Made by a program: the position numbers and the translations under genes. A stretch of DNA of 64,000 nucleotides from Candidatus Latescibacterota bacterium (GTDB taxonomy: Bacteria; Latescibacterota; UBA2968; UBA8231): assembly GCA_965204725.1 (NCBI GenBank), contig OZ242005.1:2432001-2496000 (forward strand), written 5' to 3'. The notes beneath the pieces are model-generated. The model was not told the DNA's origin and did no database searches. It worked only from the letters and a program-made list of their open reading frames with translations. Positions 29,156-40,159 of this stretch are shown piece after piece (position 1 is the stretch's first letter; each line of letters begins with the position of its first letter).

Positions 29156-30082
29156 TCAGGGTATTCGCAAGCTGCCCACCAGCGAGGCGAGGCGGTCGAT
29201 GCCGCGCTCGGCGCAATAGGCGTGGAGGCCCTCGACGATTTCGACGCCGGCGTTGGGGTTGGTGAAACTGGCCGTGCCGACTTGGACGGCGCAAGCACCG
29301 GCAACCATAAACTCTAGGGCGTCGCACGCAGTGGCGATTCCGCCGATGCCCATAACCGGCACGGCGACCGCTTGGGCCACCTTCCACACCATGGCGAGGG
29401 CTACGGGCTTGATCGCCGGGCCGGACAAGCCGCCGGTAATGCCGCCCAAGACCGGCCGCCGCCGCTCCACGTCAATGGCCATGCCAACGAGCGTATTGAT
29501 CAGGGAGACCGCATCCGCACCCGCATCCACTACGGCGCGGGCAATTTCGGCAATATCCGCGACATTGGGCGTCAGCTTGGCGATGACCGGCCGCTGCGTA
29601 CGGGCGCGGACCGCGGCAATGGCAGCGGCCGCCGTCTGGGGCCGAGTGGCAAAATTGTCGCCCCCGGCCTCGACATTGGGACAGGATATATTGACTTCGA
29701 GCGCGGCAATGCCTTCCAACGCTTCGAGCCGCGCCGCCATCTGCCCGAACTCCTCGACCGCGAATCCGGCGATGTTCACCACGACCTGCGCGTCCAAACC
29801 GGCCAACAAGGGCCATTGCTCCCGGGCGAAAGCCGCCAGCCCGGGGTTTTGCAAGCCAATGGAGTTGAGCAGCCCGGCCGGCGTCTCGACGATGCGCTGA
29901 GGAGGGTTGCCGCCCCGAGGCTGCGGAGTAATGGTTTTGGTGACCAGCCCACCCAAGCGGGCAAAATCGGTCAGCGGCAAAAGCTCCTGACCGTAGTTGC
30001 ACGTGCCCGAGGCCAACAGCACCGGGTTCCGCAGTCGCACACCGGCAAAGTCTAGGCTCAGGTCGGCCACGCGCTGCCCCAT
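29156..30082 (-). CDS. pyrD: Dihydroorotate dehydrogenase B, catalytic subunit
   Basis: NPVLLASGT, LNSIGLQNPG, EVNISCPNV, KLTPNV, GGLSGPAIKP. Start at 30082 or 30070. Confidence 0.95.
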   Translation of the reverse strand: MGQRVADLSLDFAGVRLRNPVLLASGTCNYGQELLPLTDFARLGGLVTKTITPQPRGGNPPQRIVETPAGLLNSIGLQNPGLAAFAREQWPLLAGLDAQVVVNIAGFAVEEFGQMAARLEALEGIAALEVNISCPNVEAGGDNFATRPQTAAAAIAAVRARTQRPVIAKLTPNVADIAEIARAVVDAGADAVSLINTLVGMAIDVERRRPVLGGITGGLSGPAIKPVALAMVWKVAQAVAVPVMGIGGIATACDALEFMVAGACAVQVGTASFTNPNAGVEIVEGLHAYCAERGIDRLASLVGSLRIP

Positions 30083-30870
30083 TGTATCTGCCGCGCATCG
30101 AACGCCGGCCCATCCACGCAGACGCGGCCATAGCGGCCGTAGTCGGGGGCGTCTTGGCCCGTCTTGAGCGCAACGGCGCAGCCCACGCAGATGCCAATGC
30201 CACACGCCATGTACTCTTCGAGGGAAACCTGACACGGCACTTGGGCCGCCAAGCAGATAGCGGCCACGGCCTGCATCATCCCGTGCGGGCCACAGCAATA
30301 GACCGCGCACGGCCCGTTTGCAGTTAGCTCGTGCTGCAACAAATCGGTGACCAAGCCGGCGTGGCCGAGGCTGCCATCGTCGGTAGCGCAGCGCACCACA
30401 TCCGCAGCCGGCGCGAGCAATTCGCTGGGCAGGTGCTTGTCCGCCGTCCGCGCCCCGACCAACAGCGCAGTCGGGTGCGCCCGCTGCCTCAGCGTCAGTC
30501 CCCAGTACAGCAGCGGCGGTACGCCGATGCCGCCCCCGACCAATACGACGCGCACCTCTTCGGGCGGCGGCGCGAACCCCTTGCCCAACGGGCCGAGGGT
30601 CGGCACGAGTGCGCCCGGCCCAAGTTGACTCAGCACTCGCGTCTTAGGCCCGACCTCCTCGAACAATACCTCAATGATACCGGCCTGGCGATCTACGCCG
30701 CTCACGCTCAGGGGAATGCGCAACAAGGGCGCGACCCCCGCGCCGACTTGGATGTTGACGAACTGACCCGGCTCAATGCGGGCGGCAATGTGGGGTGCGT
30801 TGAGACGCGCCCAATAAAAGTCCGCCGCGACTTCGCGGTTGCTCAACAGGCGCGCTTGCTCGTCGATCAC
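30058..30870 (-). CDS. pyrK: Dihydroorotate dehydrogenase electron-transfer subunit
   Basis: PGQFV, GPLGKGF, GGGIGVPP, CGP..M, EEYMACGIGICVGC, VCVDGP. GTG start overlaps the upstream stop. Confidence 0.93.
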   Translation of the reverse strand: MIDEQARLLSNREVAADFYWARLNAPHIAARIEPGQFVNIQVGAGVAPLLRIPLSVSGVDRQAGIIEVLFEEVGPKTRVLSQLGPGALVPTLGPLGKGFAPPPEEVRVVLVGGGIGVPPLLYWGLTLRQRAHPTALLVGARTADKHLPSELLAPAADVVRCATDDGSLGHAGLVTDLLQHELTANGPCAVYCCGPHGMMQAVAAICLAAQVPCQVSLEEYMACGIGICVGCAVALKTGQDAPDYGRYGRVCVDGPAFDARQIQWGSAWPT

Positions 30871-33497
30871 GGCTCTTCCCCTGCTTCTTGCGGTACGCCA
30901 AACGGCACGGCCAACTCGACCCAAGACTTGATCTCCGCGCCGTTGCGGCGCACCGCCGGATAGAAGCGATAGCCATAAGCGGCTGCGACCGCACGCTCCA
31001 CAAACGGGGGATCGCCGCGAAAGACTTCCACTTGCTCGGGCCGCCCTTCGCGGTCGATTAGCACGTCGAGCAATACCTCGGCCGAATCCTCGGCGGCCGC
31101 TGGATAAACGGGTCGCACCATCTGCCGGACTAGCGGCCAGTCGCTCAGCGACAGGTCGCCCTCCTTCCATCCGAGCTCGTCGGGGGGGAGCGATAACTCG
31201 AGCGCGATCATCGCCCTTATGTCCAAGTCCTCGCCGCCCTCTCTCGCCTGAAAATCCGGGTGCTTCTCCATTAGGAAGCGAATTTGCGGGCTGTTGCGAT
31301 CGCGTCGTGCGACCTCCCGCAGGTAGTGGTTGGCCGAGTCCTCCACGCCTTGCTCGGTAAAGGAATGCCAGAGCCGGTAGTAGAGGTTGAGGTTCCGCTT
31401 GTCAAAGGACAGCGCTCGGCGGTAAAAATCGAGGGCGTCGTTGGCATAGCCCTCCTCCGAGTTGATGTTGCCGAGTTGATACAGGGCGCGCGGGTTGGCG
31501 ACCTGCTGGTCGATGCTGCGCTCGTAAAAATCGCGGGCTAGCGCCACGTCCCCGCGCCGCTGGGCGCGCTCGGCAAAGCCGATGTATTTGCGCGCCAAGG
31601 CCACGGTGTCGAGCGTGTCTGGCTCCAAGGCGAGCAGCTCGATTCGCTCCCCCGGGGCGAGCTGGCCGCCGACCGCCTTCAGGCTGCGCTCCAGCTTGTC
31701 GATGAGCTTTTCCTCGCGCACTTCCCACCGCTGCTGGGCCAGCTTGCCAAACCGCGTCTCGGCGAACTCGTCGCGCAACAATTGATAGCGCTCCTCGGCG
31801 GCGGATGTGTCCCCGACGACATTCTCGTAAAGATGGGCCGTCAAAAAGGCCGCTTGCCCCCCAGTATGCGTACCGGCGAAGGCCCGGCTCAAGCTGTCCA
31901 ACCGGGGGATGTACGCCGCGGTATTGGCCGGCTGCGCTAGGCGCAAGGTCTCGATGCGGGCGAACTCGCGCGCCGCGAGCTCCTCGGCTGTGGCCTCGGA
32001 CTCTTGTCCCAGCAGGCGGCGGGCCTCATTGGCGTGCGCCGAGGTGGGAAACTCCTCGATCAGCCGCAGTAAATGGGGCCTAGCGCCCTCTTGGTCCTCG
32101 CGCTTGTGCAATTCGATCCAAGCGAGGCTGTACACCGCGCGGGACAACTGGTCGCTGTCGGGGAAGCGGCGGATTACTTCCTTGTAATACGCGCGAGCCG
32201 AATCGGCCTGACCGATGTCGTCGCGATAGAGCTCGCACGCGCTGAATAGATCGTCGAGCACCTCCAAACTCCGCGCCACGACCACCGTGTCGGCCGGGGG
32301 CGCTGCTGCCAGCCACAACAGCGGCCCCTGCGTCGCGCCCAGCGAGTCGGCGTAGAGCGAATCAGCGCGGTGGATCTGGCGCTGGAACTGATGCAGCCGA
32401 CGCAGATGCCCCAGCATCTCCTGCGCCAAGAGCACGCCCTGCGCCCCCGCGCTCTCGCGGCTGCTTTCTTCGAGATAATCGCGCCCCCGCTCGGTATCCC
32501 CGTATTCCTGTAGATGCAGCAAGCCGATGCGATACAGGGCCATGGCCGCAGAGGGCGTCTGGGGAAAGTCGTTGCGGACCTGCTCGTACTCGGCTAGGGC
32601 CTCGTCGAGCAAGCGGCGGGCCTGATACCACTCGCCGATTAGGATCCGGGTGCGGCCCTCAAAGCGGCGGAAGCGGCCCTCGTTGAGCAGGGCGAGGTAC
32701 GTGGCTAGGGCCTCGTCCTCCGCGCCCGTGGCGTAGAGGGTGCGGCCCCTGTTGAGCAGGGCGCGGTACTTTTGGTCCGCGCTTGGACCGGCCTGCAATA
32801 CCTCGTCGAAGGCCGCTAGGGCCTCGGCGAAGCGGGCCGGATCGGCTAAGGCCATCAACGCCTCGCCCAAGCGCAACCACAACTGGGCGCGCACCACGCT
32901 CTTGGGAAAGGCCGTTAGCACCGCCTGATATTCTCGCACGGCCGCGCTGTAATCCTCGCGGTCGTGCGCCATCTCGGCCAAGTGCAGGCCCGCTTGGACG
33001 GCGATCTTTTCTTGGGCCTCGGCAAAAAGCACTCGATAGAGGGCCTGCGCTTGATCGTCCATCCGCTGCTCCTCTAGGCAGCGGGCGCGCCAGTAGCGGG
33101 CTTGATCGAAGTGCGGACTGGAGGGGAAAAAGGTCTCCAAGTCGCGGAAGGACTCTTGGGCGTTGAGGTATTCGCCGCGCCAGTAATAGGCTTGGCCAAT
33201 CAAAAACATGGCGTCGTCAACCAAGTCGCTCTCCTTGTACTCGTCGAGCACCTTGGACGCCTTGCGCACCACTTTGTCGTAGAGTTGGTCGGCTTGGTGT
33301 GAGCGCTGCCGCTGCAATTCCGGGCCAGCCCGGTCAAAGGCCCAGTCGGCGTAGGTCTCTTCGTGCTTATGCCGTTCCTTCTCGGCCTCGCGGAAGAATT
33401 TTTTGGCGTTGTAAAACGTATTGAAATAGACGCAGGCCGAAATCGCCAGACAACCCGCCAGCAACAGCCCCAAGGGCGCGATCCGCACGAGCCGCAC
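30867..33497 (-). CDS. TPR-repeat lipoprotein with C-terminal TonB_C-like domain
   Basis: GTG start after AGGAGG; lipobox ISAC; VYFNTFYNA; many TPRs; C-terminal PVYP..VLLDVLIDREG..F...AVAAA..YRFYPA...G....WV...V.F. Confidence 0.8.
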   Translation of the reverse strand: MRLVRIAPLGLLLAGCLAISACVYFNTFYNAKKFFREAEKERHKHEETYADWAFDRAGPELQRQRSHQADQLYDKVVRKASKVLDEYKESDLVDDAMFLIGQAYYWRGEYLNAQESFRDLETFFPSSPHFDQARYWRARCLEEQRMDDQAQALYRVLFAEAQEKIAVQAGLHLAEMAHDREDYSAAVREYQAVLTAFPKSVVRAQLWLRLGEALMALADPARFAEALAAFDEVLQAGPSADQKYRALLNRGRTLYATGAEDEALATYLALLNEGRFRRFEGRTRILIGEWYQARRLLDEALAEYEQVRNDFPQTPSAAMALYRIGLLHLQEYGDTERGRDYLEESSRESAGAQGVLLAQEMLGHLRRLHQFQRQIHRADSLYADSLGATQGPLLWLAAAPPADTVVVARSLEVLDDLFSACELYRDDIGQADSARAYYKEVIRRFPDSDQLSRAVYSLAWIELHKREDQEGARPHLLRLIEEFPTSAHANEARRLLGQESEATAEELAAREFARIETLRLAQPANTAAYIPRLDSLSRAFAGTHTGGQAAFLTAHLYENVVGDTSAAEERYQLLRDEFAETRFGKLAQQRWEVREEKLIDKLERSLKAVGGQLAPGERIELLALEPDTLDTVALARKYIGFAERAQRRGDVALARDFYERSIDQQVANPRALYQLGNINSEEGYANDALDFYRRALSFDKRNLNLYYRLWHSFTEQGVEDSANHYLREVARRDRNSPQIRFLMEKHPDFQAREGGEDLDIRAMIALELSLPPDELGWKEGDLSLSDWPLVRQMVRPVYPAAAEDSAEVLLDVLIDREGRPEQVEVFRGDPPFVERAVAAAYGYRFYPAVRRNGAEIKSWVELAVPFGVPQEAGEEP

Positions 33498-33507
33498 GAG
33501 CCGCCTC

Positions 33508-36500
33508 CTAGCCCCGATGGTAATCCTGCAGGGCTCGCACCTCCAGTTCGGCGCGTTGCAGTGCTTCAATGCCCGCAGCCGCAGCGCGGGCCCCGGCCAT
33601 GGTCGTCGTATAGGGCACGCCGTTTACGACTGCGGCCCGACGCATCGCAAAGTCGTCGTAGTGCGAAGGCTCGCCGAGGGGGGTGTTGATAATCAGGTCG
33701 ATCTGGCGGCTGCGAATGGAGTCTTCAATGTGCGGGCGACCTTCGTGAATTTTGTGAATCCGCTCGGCGGCGATGTCGTGCTGGCCGAGAAAGTTGCACG
33801 TGCCCTCCGTAGCCACCAATTCAAACCCAGCCGCACGCAGCCGACGAGCCACCGGCAAGACCTCCTCTTTGTCGCAGTCGGCGACGCTGATAAAGACCCG
33901 ACCGCGCGACGGCAGCAGCGAACCCGCTCCCATCTGCGCCTTGAGGAAGGCCGTGCCAAAGTCGGGGCCAATGCCCATGACTTCGCCCGTGGATTTCATC
34001 TCCGGCCCGAGCAGGCTATCGGCCCCGGGGAATTTTATAAAGGGCAGCACGGCCTCTTTAACGGATATGTGCGCCGGCGCGACCTCCGCGGTGAAGCCCT
34101 GTTCGCGCAAGCTCATTCCCACCATGGCCCGGGCCGCGATCTTGGCCAGCGGCCGGCCAATGGCCTTGCTGACAAAAGGCACGGTGCGCGAGGCCCGGGG
34201 ATTCACTTCAATCGCATAGACCTCGCCTTGATAGACGGCGTATTGCACGTTCATCAGGCCGACCACGCCGAGGGCGCGCGCCAGCGCGTGGGTGTACTCG
34301 CGCATGGCCTCGATGTGCTCGGCCGGGGTGTCGTAGGGCGGCAAGGTACAGGCACTGTCGCCCGAATGCACGCCGGCATGCTCGATGTGCTGCATGATCC
34401 CGCCGACGACCACGTCCGTCCCGTCGGCCACGGCATCCACGTCAAATTCCTCCGCGCCTTGCAGGTAGCGGTCGATGAGCACGGGCCGCTCGGGCGCGAC
34501 CTCAATGGCCTCGTTCATGTAGGTTTCGAGTGCCCCAACATCGTAGGCGACGACCATGGCCCGCCCGCCGAGCACGTACGAGGGCCGCACCAAGACCGGG
34601 AAGCCGATCTGCTCGGCAATCGCCCCGGCCTCGGCACAACTGGCGGCCATGCCGTTGGCCGGCTGGCGGATGCCCAGCTCGTCGAGCAGTTGGCCGAAGC
34701 GCCGGCGGTCCTCGGCCAAGTCGATGCTGCGGGGCGAGGTGCCGATGATGGGTACGCCCTCGCGCGCTAGTTCGGCCGCCAAGTTCAGCGGAGTCTGTCC
34801 CCCAAACTGCACGATGACGCCGTCTGGGGCTTCGCGCTCGACGATGTGCAGCACATCTTCGATCGTCAGCGGCTCAAAGTAGAGCTTGTCGGCCGTGTCG
34901 TAATCTGTGCTGACCGTCTCGGGATTGGAGTTGACCATAATGGTTTCATAGCCGATTTCGCGCAGCGCGAAGCACGCGTGTACGCAACAGTAATCGAACT
35001 CAATTCCTTGGCCGATGCGGTTTGGCCCCCCGCCGAGGATGGCGATTTTCTTGCGCGTTGAGCGCGCTACCTCGTCCTCGCGGTCGTACGTCGAGTAGTG
35101 ATAAGGCGTGTAGGCTTCAAACTCTGCGGCGCAGGTATCGACCGTTTTGTACACCGGGCGCAGGTCCAACTCGCGGCGACGCCGCCGGACGCTCGCCTCG
35201 TCGCAGCCGTTGAGATGCGCGAGTTGGCGGTCGCTAAATCCCCACTCCTTGGCGCGGCGCAACAAGGCGGCATCGGCGAGTCCGTCTGCTTGCGCGAGCT
35301 GCTGTTCGAGTTCAAAAAGTTGGTAGAGCTGGTCGAGGAACCACGGATCAATGCCCGTGAGGCCATAGATCGCATCGTGGGTATAGCCTTTGGCAATGGC
35401 CAGCTTGAGGTACGACACGCGCTGGGAGTTGGGACGCATCAATTTTTCGCGCAGTTCCTTGTCGCTTACCTTGGCCGCACTGAGGTCCTTGCCATCGGCA
35501 CCAAACCCCGCGCGGCCGACCTCCAGCGAGCGCAGGCCCTTTTGCAGGGACTCCTTAAAGGTCCGGCCAATGGCCATGGTTTCGCCCACCGAGCGCATCT
35601 GGGTGTCGAGGGCGTCGGGCGTACTGGGAAATTTTTCAAAGGTAAAGCGCGGAATTTTGGTCACCACGTAGTCAATGGTCGGCTCAAAGGAGGCCGGGGT
35701 CTCGCGGGTGATGTCGTTGCGGATTTCGTCCAGCCCGTACCCGACAGCTAGTTTGGCGGCAATTTTGGCGATGGGAAAGCCCGTTGCTTTGGACGCCAGC
35801 GCCGAGGAGCGCGACACCCGGGGGTTCATCTCAATAACGACCATGCGGCCGTCTGTGGGGTTGACCGCGAACTGGATATTGGACCCGCCGGTATCTACGC
35901 CGATCTCGCGCATGATGCGGATGGCCGCGTCGCGCATCGGCTGATATTCCTTGTCGGACAAGGTCTGCGCCGGCGCGACCGTGATGCTGTCGCCGGTGTG
36001 AATGCCCATGGGGTCGAAGTTTTCAATGGAGCAGATAATGACCACGTTGTCGCGGTGGTCGCGCATGACCTCCAGCTCGAACTCCTTCCACCCGAGCACT
36101 GATTCCTCGATCAGCACCTCGTCAATCGGGCTTAGGTCGAGGCCGTGGCGGACGATCCGCTCAAATTCCTCGGCGTTGTACGCCACGCCGCCGCCAGAGC
36201 CTCCCAGCGTGAAGGCGGGGCGGATGATCGTCGGGTAGCCCAAGTCGGCTTGGTGCTTTTGGGCCTCTTCGAGGCTGTGGACGAAAGCTCCCCGGGGCAT
36301 GTCCAACCCGGCCCGGTCCATGGCGGCTTTGAAGAGCGCGCGGTCTTCGGCCATCTTGATGGCGTCGAGTGGCGCGCCGATCATCTCGACGCCGTGCTCG
36401 GCGAGCGCGCCGCTTTCGGCCAAGGCCACCGCCGTATTGAGCGCGGTCTGGCCTCCGAGCGTCGGCAAGAGGGCCTGCGGCTTTTCCGCGGCCATGATCC

Positions 36501-36726
36501 GCGCACAAATCTCCGGCGTGATCGGCTCGATATAGGTCCGGTCGGCCACTTCGGGATCGGTCATAATCGTGGCCGGATTGCTATTGACCAAGACGATGTC
36601 GTAGCCTTCTTCGGCCAGTGCCTTACAGGCTTGCGTTCCCGAATAGTCGAACTCGCAGGCTTGGCCAATGACGATGGGGCCGGAGCCGATGAGCATTATT
36701 TTTTGAATGTCTGTGCGTTTGGGCAT
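33508..36726 (-). CDS. carB: Carbamoyl-phosphate synthase large subunit
   Basis: [25 protein letters not shown]; two ATP-grasp halves; C-terminal MGS domain. Confidence 0.99.
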   Translation of the reverse strand: MPKRTDIQKIMLIGSGPIVIGQACEFDYSGTQACKALAEEGYDIVLVNSNPATIMTDPEVADRTYIEPITPEICARIMAAEKPQALLPTLGGQTALNTAVALAESGALAEHGVEMIGAPLDAIKMAEDRALFKAAMDRAGLDMPRGAFVHSLEEAQKHQADLGYPTIIRPAFTLGGSGGGVAYNAEEFERIVRHGLDLSPIDEVLIEESVLGWKEFELEVMRDHRDNVVIICSIENFDPMGIHTGDSITVAPAQTLSDKEYQPMRDAAIRIMREIGVDTGGSNIQFAVNPTDGRMVVIEMNPRVSRSSALASKATGFPIAKIAAKLAVGYGLDEIRNDITRETPASFEPTIDYVVTKIPRFTFEKFPSTPDALDTQMRSVGETMAIGRTFKESLQKGLRSLEVGRAGFGADGKDLSAAKVSDKELREKLMRPNSQRVSYLKLAIAKGYTHDAIYGLTGIDPWFLDQLYQLFELEQQLAQADGLADAALLRRAKEWGFSDRQLAHLNGCDEASVRRRRRELDLRPVYKTVDTCAAEFEAYTPYHYSTYDREDEVARSTRKKIAILGGGPNRIGQGIEFDYCCVHACFALREIGYETIMVNSNPETVSTDYDTADKLYFEPLTIEDVLHIVEREAPDGVIVQFGGQTPLNLAAELAREGVPIIGTSPRSIDLAEDRRRFGQLLDELGIRQPANGMAASCAEAGAIAEQIGFPVLVRPSYVLGGRAMVVAYDVGALETYMNEAIEVAPERPVLIDRYLQGAEEFDVDAVADGTDVVVGGIMQHIEHAGVHSGDSACTLPPYDTPAEHIEAMREYTHALARALGVVGLMNVQYAVYQGEVYAIEVNPRASRTVPFVSKAIGRPLAKIAARAMVGMSLREQGFTAEVAPAHISVKEAVLPFIKFPGADSLLGPEMKSTGEVMGIGPDFGTAFLKAQMGAGSLLPSRGRVFISVADCDKEEVLPVARRLRAAGFELVATEGTCNFLGQHDIAAERIHKIHEGRPHIEDSIRSRQIDLIINTPLGEPSHYDDFAMRRAAVVNGVPYTTTMAGARAAAAGIEALQRAELEVRALQDYHRG

Positions 36727-36816
36727 GGAGTTTTAGCGAGGATGAAGGGCTATGCAGCTTTGCTCGGATGCCGTATCTGCACAGTCCAGACCCCAGAAAG
36801 CTGAGAATCTCAAGAT

Positions 36817-39741
36817 TTACATCCTTCGTAGCGCAGCTTGGTTTGACCCATGCACCGACGGCTCGCTGCACCACAGCCGCCGCAAGTCTTCGAGTGCCTT
36901 CATGGTGCTGCACGGCAAGCCCAGCAGTCGGACAACGGCCTCGTCGATGGCGATTCGCGCTGCATCGACATGCGCTTGGCAAGCCGGCAGCAGATCGGTT
37001 TTGGACAGCGAATCAAAGTCAGCTACCCCTTGATTCAGTGCCGCGTCGTCTAGGTCGTCTAGGCGCGGGCAGGGCATCTTCTTCAACGCCCCAATCTGCG
37101 TAGTAGAACGACCTGCGTGTGTGCGCTGTCCTTTTGTCCAATGCATCACCATGCCAAATGTCGAGTTCGCCCACAACGCAAACGCCTTGAGGATTCGTGC
37201 ATCTTCATGGCCAAGCGTTGTCCAAGCGCGACCACCCAGTGCCGATCTCTTGGTCGTCGCCGCAAGGAGTGCTTGTGACGTCCACCGCATGTTACGTGCG
37301 TAGAATAGAGTGCTCTGACACGCTCGCATGGCCTGCCGGTCACGCTCCGAGCCGACGTTAGCTGGGGCACTTCCTTTGTGTGTAGGCAATACCACGAGCC
37401 TTCGCTGCTTCTCACCGTTCGCTTCCCACAGTGCCCGGTCCTTGCCAATGGCATCCGTGGAGCTTATCACCGGGTGGAACTCGAAAGCACCTATCTCATC
37501 GCCGCCATGCAAATGGCCAATCAGATGATGCGTAGGCCCGACTTCAAACACTTCCCCGATGGTGGACATGTCCACGCCAAGGGGTATGAGTGCATCCCCA
37601 AGGTGGGTAAGTCTCCCCGTCGTCAGTCCGTCCGCAGCAAAGGCAAGCCCCGCATGCTTAACCCCAAGCGGACTCCACGGCGCACCATTCCCACCAGCAT
37701 TGAACACCGCCACCTGCCCCAATTCGTCTTCACCAACCCTGATGGGCCGGCTTGTGCCTGCTCCGCCAATACCTTTGAGGGCTGCCTCAATAGCACGGGC
37801 AATTTCTCCGGCCTCCCCGATCCTGATAGGCGGGCTATGGAGCGTCACGCAGTGAATGGGGGCCGCGTTGCCCTCATCTTTCATCGGACGCCGTGTTGCC
37901 ACCAGCAACATTTCTTCCATATCAGTGTCCGCGGACAGTGCTTCTTGTCCCAATGCTTGGCCAGCGGCCACCGCGATAGCGGTAATATCTGTGAATTCTC
38001 GTTCGATCATCTGCCGCGTAACCGCCCACGAATCGGCGAATGCGGCCGTCAGCGGCAGCACAAACCCGATGCGCCCGTTGCGCCTAACTTTCCTTCTTGC
38101 CAGTGCCAGAAACGATGCTGCCATGCCGGCCTTATTATTGACAGGCTCGTCCTTCACCAAGCGGCCCCACCTCTTCTGACATGCCTTGCGTTCACTTTCG
38201 GTCAACCCGGCAATGTCGAAAGCACTTTGCCCTCCTCTAGTCCGAGAATACGGCGGATTCATTAGAATCCAGTCAACGCTCGCCGCACCTATGACGACAG
38301 AAAGCTCGCCGCTTCCACCGCCAGTAGATCGACCGGCAACATCTTCAAATAAGTCTCTCACCTCGTCGGTATGAAAATACTCGAGTGCCCCGGTCAAGCC
38401 GACGCCCCCCACAGCTACCCACCCAATCTGCGTGTCGCCATAAGGTTCGCCCGAACCGAGGGCCGCCAAGGAAGATGAAGTCAAGTGTGCGGCAATAGGA
38501 CTGACATCCGTTCCAATCAGACCCGACTCCATAGCGGTACGATGCAGTTGACGGATGGTCTCCTCCGTGCCGCCGGCTTCTTCATGTAATTCGCTAATAC
38601 GCCGATATCCGGCCCGCAATAACGTCCCGGTTCCACACGCTAAATCCGCTAGCCTACAGCGTTCAAATAATCGACCCGATCTCCATTGGTTGTGCCGTAA
38701 CGAATCAGCCCGGATCGTCAAAGCAGCAAGCAATTCCGCGGTAGCGGGTTGCGTGTAGAAAGCGGCAGCCCGCTTTCTATCTTCACTTAGCTTAGGAAAC
38801 AACTCCGCCCCGACGTTGATATATAGCCCGAGGCGGGCCAGTTCGATTTTTTCTACCGCACGGATGAGTTGCTTGAGTGCTTGTCCGGTCGCACTGGGAT
38901 GGATGTTCCCCAACTTGCTAAGGACGCGAATAGCCGGATCGAAAATCGAACGCCAGTTCTCTCCAAGAACGGCCTGCCACACCTCCACTTGCTTGGAAGG
39001 AACAGGCAACGGAGAGGCACTAAAATCTAAGGGTGGTATCTCCTCCACTCCCTGCATGGAAAGCCGCTGTTGGGTAAGTAGCGCGTTGAGCCACAGCACC
39101 ATCGTGGTCCGCAGACCCTTCAACGGCGTCCGCTGCTGCACGAGGGCCGCAACCTGTTGAAGTTGCTTTGGCGGCAACGCCGTTTCGAGCAGGTCAGCCG
39201 ACTGATTCACCCGCTCGGCGATATCTGACGCAACCTGTTCCACAGACTCTCTCGGCAATGCCGCTGCGGACACGAGCCGCGCTATGTCATGGACGGTGCC
39301 TCTTATGAATCCCTTCGTAGGCCAGCGACGAAATTCCTCATTGTCGATCCGTTGGTGGAGCGCATACTGCATCTTCTTGCCGCTAACCAACGCCTCCTTG
39401 ATTTCTGGCAGCGCAAGGGTTCGGTACTTCGGGTCAATATACAGTGCCAGCGTGGTGTCAACTTGGAGGCCGCGGTCCGCGGTCCGTGCTCCTAGGCGTG
39501 CCTTGGCATCCTTATCCGCATCGGCCTTGCCAAACGATGTCTCTATGATCACCGGCGGCGACAGGGCATCGACGATCAAAATGTCGGGCCGCTTGGCCTT
39601 GTTGCCCGCACCCGCCAGCGTCTGCGTTTGCTCCACTTGGACGATACTGGACTTCGCCCGCCAACGTGCAGTTGTCGCAGCAAGAGCCGCCCCTAATGCT
39701 TGATTGAACGTTCCTTCAACGCTTTTGCCAGTCTTTGCCAT
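36817..39741 (-). CDS. Fused restriction-modification enzyme (type IIG-like; endonuclease + N6-adenine MTase + TRD)
   Basis: N-terminal RPDILI..VIIE; FYT; DLACGTGTLL (motif I); ILMNPPYSR (motif IV); GFVLP. Confidence 0.8.
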   Translation of the reverse strand: MAKTGKSVEGTFNQALGAALAATTARWRAKSSIVQVEQTQTLAGAGNKAKRPDILIVDALSPPVIIETSFGKADADKDAKARLGARTADRGLQVDTTLALYIDPKYRTLALPEIKEALVSGKKMQYALHQRIDNEEFRRWPTKGFIRGTVHDIARLVSAAALPRESVEQVASDIAERVNQSADLLETALPPKQLQQVAALVQQRTPLKGLRTTMVLWLNALLTQQRLSMQGVEEIPPLDFSASPLPVPSKQVEVWQAVLGENWRSIFDPAIRVLSKLGNIHPSATGQALKQLIRAVEKIELARLGLYINVGAELFPKLSEDRKRAAAFYTQPATAELLAALTIRADSLRHNQWRSGRLFERCRLADLACGTGTLLRAGYRRISELHEEAGGTEETIRQLHRTAMESGLIGTDVSPIAAHLTSSSLAALGSGEPYGDTQIGWVAVGGVGLTGALEYFHTDEVRDLFEDVAGRSTGGGSGELSVVIGAASVDWILMNPPYSRTRGGQSAFDIAGLTESERKACQKRWGRLVKDEPVNNKAGMAASFLALARRKVRRNGRIGFVLPLTAAFADSWAVTRQMIEREFTDITAIAVAAGQALGQEALSADTDMEEMLLVATRRPMKDEGNAAPIHCVTLHSPPIRIGEAGEIARAIEAALKGIGGAGTSRPIRVGEDELGQVAVFNAGGNGAPWSPLGVKHAGLAFAADGLTTGRLTHLGDALIPLGVDMSTIGEVFEVGPTHHLIGHLHGGDEIGAFEFHPVISSTDAIGKDRALWEANGEKQRRLVVLPTHKGSAPANVGSERDRQAMRACQSTLFYARNMRWTSQALLAATTKRSALGGRAWTTLGHEDARILKAFALWANSTFGMVMHWTKGQRTHAGRSTTQIGALKKMPCPRLDDLDDAALNQGVADFDSLSKTDLLPACQAHVDAARIAIDEAVVRLLGLPCSTMKALEDLRRLWCSEPSVHGSNQAALRRM

Positions 39742-39790
39742 GATGTCTTTTTGATGGATGAGTTCATGCCGCGCAAGGCCAGCAAGTTGT

Positions 39791-40084
39791 CTATTCGGCG
39801 AGGTCGGACCAAAGGAGTTCTTCCTGATTGGTTAGCTGAATGCCCCGCTCGCTCCCGTGAGTGCTCAGATGTAGGATTGGAGGCTTGCGGAATTCGTCTA
39901 TCGCCTCGTCAACCTCATCGGTCATTGCGATGTGGAACTGATCCAAGTCAACGGCGAGGCTATACGAGTATGGAATTCCGGCGACGGCGAGAACCGAGCA
40001 AAGCGCTTGGCCCTCGGTACGGAGCTCGCGCAGATCGGCTGGCGACGGCGATTCGACGATGTGGACGTAGAAATCGGCGGACAT
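39791..40084 (-). pseudogene. Truncated CHAT/caspase-like domain protein
   Basis: AAGGAG RBS + ATG. PILHLSTHG..GIQL...LLWSDL then stops at 97 aa, before the expected catalytic Cys motif. Confidence 0.5.
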
Positions 40085-40159
40085 TTCAATCTCTCCTTGA
40101 CATAATACCGCGACGGATTCACTAAAACCCATCCCTGCTTGGCGGCCCAATGCAAGCGG

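Noticed and set aside
33517-36804. Long plus-strand ORFs (417, 217, 219 aa) opposite carB, and similar antisense ORFs elsewhere (e.g. 57045-58076, 44297-45280, 54180-55031)
   Set aside because: Shadow frames of well-supported genes in GC-rich DNA; no recognisable motifs.
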